A stretch of DNA of 64,000 nucleotides from a virus. This document shows positions 62,093 through 64,000 of the stretch, in pieces; position 1 is the stretch's first letter, and every line of letters begins with the position of its first letter. The notes beneath the pieces are model-generated. The model saw nothing but the letters and a program-made list of their open reading frames with translations, was not told the DNA's origin and did no database searches. The translations under genes and the position numbers were made by a program. The stretch lies in the IMG/VR virus record IMGVR_UViG_3300045988_160113, positions 71,791-135,790 of that record, one strand, 5' to 3'.

Positions 62093-62899
62093 ATGGCAAA
62101 ACTAGCATATGATAAATATTATACAGAAAGTGATTTAGCAAAACATTGTGTAGAAAAAACTTTTGAAATTATTGGCTCTAATTGGGAGAGAGTAATTGAA
62201 CCAAGTGTGGGTGCTGGTGCTTTTCTTCCATTTCTTCCAGAGAATACGATTTACTATGACTTAGTCCCAGATGAGGACTGTCCTGGAACTATTGAAATGG
62301 ATTGGCGGGAAGTCAAACTTCCTTATATCAAGCAGTCATTAGTAATTGGTAATCCTCCTTTTGGGCGCGCGAATAAATTGTCTGTTCAATTTATTAAGAA
62401 AGCTATGGAATTGGGCGACTATTGTGCTTTTATTCAACCTATTAGTCAGTTGAATCAAAATCGAACTATGAAAGATACTGAACTATTATATAGTGAAGAC
62501 CTTGGTACTATTGCTTATAGTGGTCGAAAGGTTCACTGTTGTTTCAATGTGTATCATAAGTGTATTGGTGGACATAAACAAGACTTTAATATTCCAGGAA
62601 TTATTGAATGCCGTCACATTTTCAGAAGTGGAAAGTATAAACATGATGATAGTATTTTGAATGATAAATGGGATTTTAGAGTTGCGGCTTGGGGTAGTAT
62701 ACGGTTATTAGGAGAAGATGAGTTTTGTCCCAATGAAGTAGTGTTCAAATGTGAAGAGAATATAAAGGATTGGCTTGGGCAAAAGTTAAGAGAATGTGAT
62801 TATAGCAAAGTAGTAAATAGTGTGACTACGCCGAATTTACCTGCTTGGAGATTGAGAAAGTGGTTGAAAGAGGAGTACGAAAAGGAGAGGACTGAATAA
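62093..62899 (+). CDS. N6-adenine DNA methyltransferase (gamma-type order)
   Basis: Motif I IEPSVGAGAFL, motif IV VIGNPPFGRANK. Confidence 0.75.
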   Translation: MAKLAYDKYYTESDLAKHCVEKTFEIIGSNWERVIEPSVGAGAFLPFLPENTIYYDLVPDEDCPGTIEMDWREVKLPYIKQSLVIGNPPFGRANKLSVQFIKKAMELGDYCAFIQPISQLNQNRTMKDTELLYSEDLGTIAYSGRKVHCCFNVYHKCIGGHKQDFNIPGIIECRHIFRSGKYKHDDSILNDKWDFRVAAWGSIRLLGEDEFCPNEVVFKCEENIKDWLGQKLRECDYSKVVNSVTTPNLPAWRLRKWLKEEYEKERTE

Positions 62900-62910
62900 G
62901 TCCTCTTTTT
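62886..62910 (+). terminator. Rho-independent terminator
   Basis: agaggac-tgaataa-gtcctct followed by TTTT. Confidence 0.6.
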
Positions 62911-63030
62911 GTTTGGTAGGAGTTTGCTCTGCGCGCAGAATTGAGAAAGAGATGGTTGAAAATTTGAAAATTGAAATTTGGGATAGATAGTGGAATTTTT
63001 TTGTTGGAGGAAGGAAAAAAGAAAAGCTAC

Positions 63031-63194
63031 TTAAATAAAAACAAGAGAGAAAATAATATAGAAATAATTATTTTATTATTTTATATAGTTATATTATATA
63101 AATAATTATAAAGATAATAATAAAATAATTATATTAGGGCCAGGTAATAAAAATATTATCTGGTTTTTATTATAGAAATAATAAAATAATATAA
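63031..63194. repeat. Almost pure A/T block with AAATAATTAT word repeats
   Basis: Read directly. Contains one hairpin, ccaggtaata-aaaa-tattatctgg (about 63140-63163). Confidence 0.7.
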
Positions 63195-63660
63195 GGGTAG
63201 TAGGGGTAGTATATAGTAATATAATAATATAGTAAAATGGTCTGCGCGCAGAGTGAAAGAAAATAATTATAAAAATAATTATTAGGGGTAGGGGGTAGTA
63301 TTTAGGGTAGGGGTAGTAGAAAATAAATAAGAAAATTTTGGGAAAATTGAAATTTTAGAATTTTGGAGAAAGGGGAGAGGGGGTCCCGTGCGCGAAGCGC
63401 ACTGGGGGAGAGGGGCGAAGCCCCTCTCCAGGGAGAGTGAGAGGAGGGTAGTAGGGGTAGGTGTAGGGGTAGTAGGGGTAACAAGTTAGGTAGTGTAGGA
63501 GTAGGGGTAGTGTAGCTGGTGTGGGGGTAATGTAGATGTAGTCTAGTAGCTGAGCTAGTAGTCGGACTAGTAGCCGGACTAGTAGCCTCTATATAGGGGT
63601 AGTAGGGGAATTAGTAAGGGGTTGGTGTAGGCTGGTGTGGGTTGATGTAGGGGTAGGTGT
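63195..63660 (+). repeat. Strand-biased GGGGTAG(TAG) repeat region (G-quadruplex-prone)
   Basis: At least 15 GGG(G)TAG units, all on the + strand. Long stretches lack C. Confidence 0.75.
63388..63429. other. Two adjacent GAA-triloop hairpins, each containing GCGAAGC
   Basis: gtgcgc-GAA-gcgcac (63388-63402) and ggagaggggc-GAA-gcccctctcc (63407-63429). Confidence 0.75.
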
Positions 63661-63808
63661 AATAGTCGTACGAGGCCTCTATATAAGGGGCAGCTGCGGG
63701 ACTAGTAGCCTCTCTAGTCTTCTCTATATAGGCCCTCCAAAACTCTTTTACTGTCGGAGTCAAAATTCCAGCCAACGACCTCCCTTTTATGGTATAGACA
63801 ACGACGCC

Positions 63809-64000
63809 TATTAGTGAAGTTGCCCTATAAGGCAGAGAATTTACCATATAAATAATGAAATTGCTTATAGATAGCGAAGTTACCCTATAAGGTAGAGAAT
63901 TTCCTTATGTAGTAAAGAATTTACCATATAGTAAGGAAACTTACCTATAGATAGCGAAGTTACCCTATAAGGTAGAGAATTTCCTTATGTAGTAAAGAAT
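63809..64000. repeat. Tandem repeats, 80-bp period, running to window end
   Basis: tatagatagcgaagttaccctataaggtagagaatttccttatgtagtaaagaat occurs at 63867 and 63947. A diverged copy starts near 63809. Confidence 0.8.

Noticed and set aside
63302-63847. ORFs 63302-63484 and 63611-63847 (minus strand) in the terminal repeat region
   Set aside because: They are translations of the G-rich/C-poor repeats (Pro/Leu/Ser- and Tyr/Pro/Thr-rich products). No RBS is present, and the region is otherwise non-coding.

Overview
This is an AT-rich dsDNA phage or prophage segment, roughly one third GC by eye. Expression signals are Bacillota-style: TTGAnn-17 bp-TATAAT promoters, GGAGG-type RBS and CCA-encoding tRNAs.

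Layout:
- 1-6816: leftward nucleic-acid-metabolism operon with an SF1 helicase fragment, a GIY-YIG protein, an ATP DNA ligase, RNase H and a P-loop kinase.
- 6961-25585: rightward late region. It holds a collagen-like heptad-repeat tail fibre and a run of receptor-binding-protein cassettes. It also holds a complete diversity-generating retroelement (target 16983-17732 with VR 17583-17690, Avd, TR 18216-18323, RT 18471-19403). A ~2.7 kb GC-rich island is fused into a fibre gene (about 19640-22335). Two cell-wall hydrolases and a holin candidate follow.
- 25591-62910: rightward array of about 70 mostly small genes behind more than 20 near-identical consensus promoters. Interspersed are at least 9 tRNA genes, GIY-YIG and HNH homing-endonuclease genes, RNA-repair-type enzymes, a ClpP-like protease, PhoH, a dCMP deaminase and a putative REase/N6A-MTase pair. 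Two ORF-free, GC-enriched regions of ~1.3-1.4 kb look like paralogous large structured RNAs.
- 62940-64000: non-coding, repeat-dense region with an AT-only block, strand-biased GGGGTAG repeats, twin GCGAAGC mini-hairpins and 80-bp tandem repeats.

Most notable observations:
- The DGR is intact and shows A-specific mutagenesis.
- The palindrome GCGCGC (often CTGCGCGCAG) is over-represented by more than an order of magnitude, and it is absent from the accessory modules.
- The two large ncRNA candidates are present, one ending in an anticodon-less tRNA-like element.
- A tRNA-Gln gene is split in its anticodon loop by an HNH ORF.
- A degenerate repeat (iteron-like) array lies at 34.0-34.4 kb.
- The GC-rich island carries a paralogue of the DGR target.

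All functional calls rest on motifs read by eye. No database search was possible.
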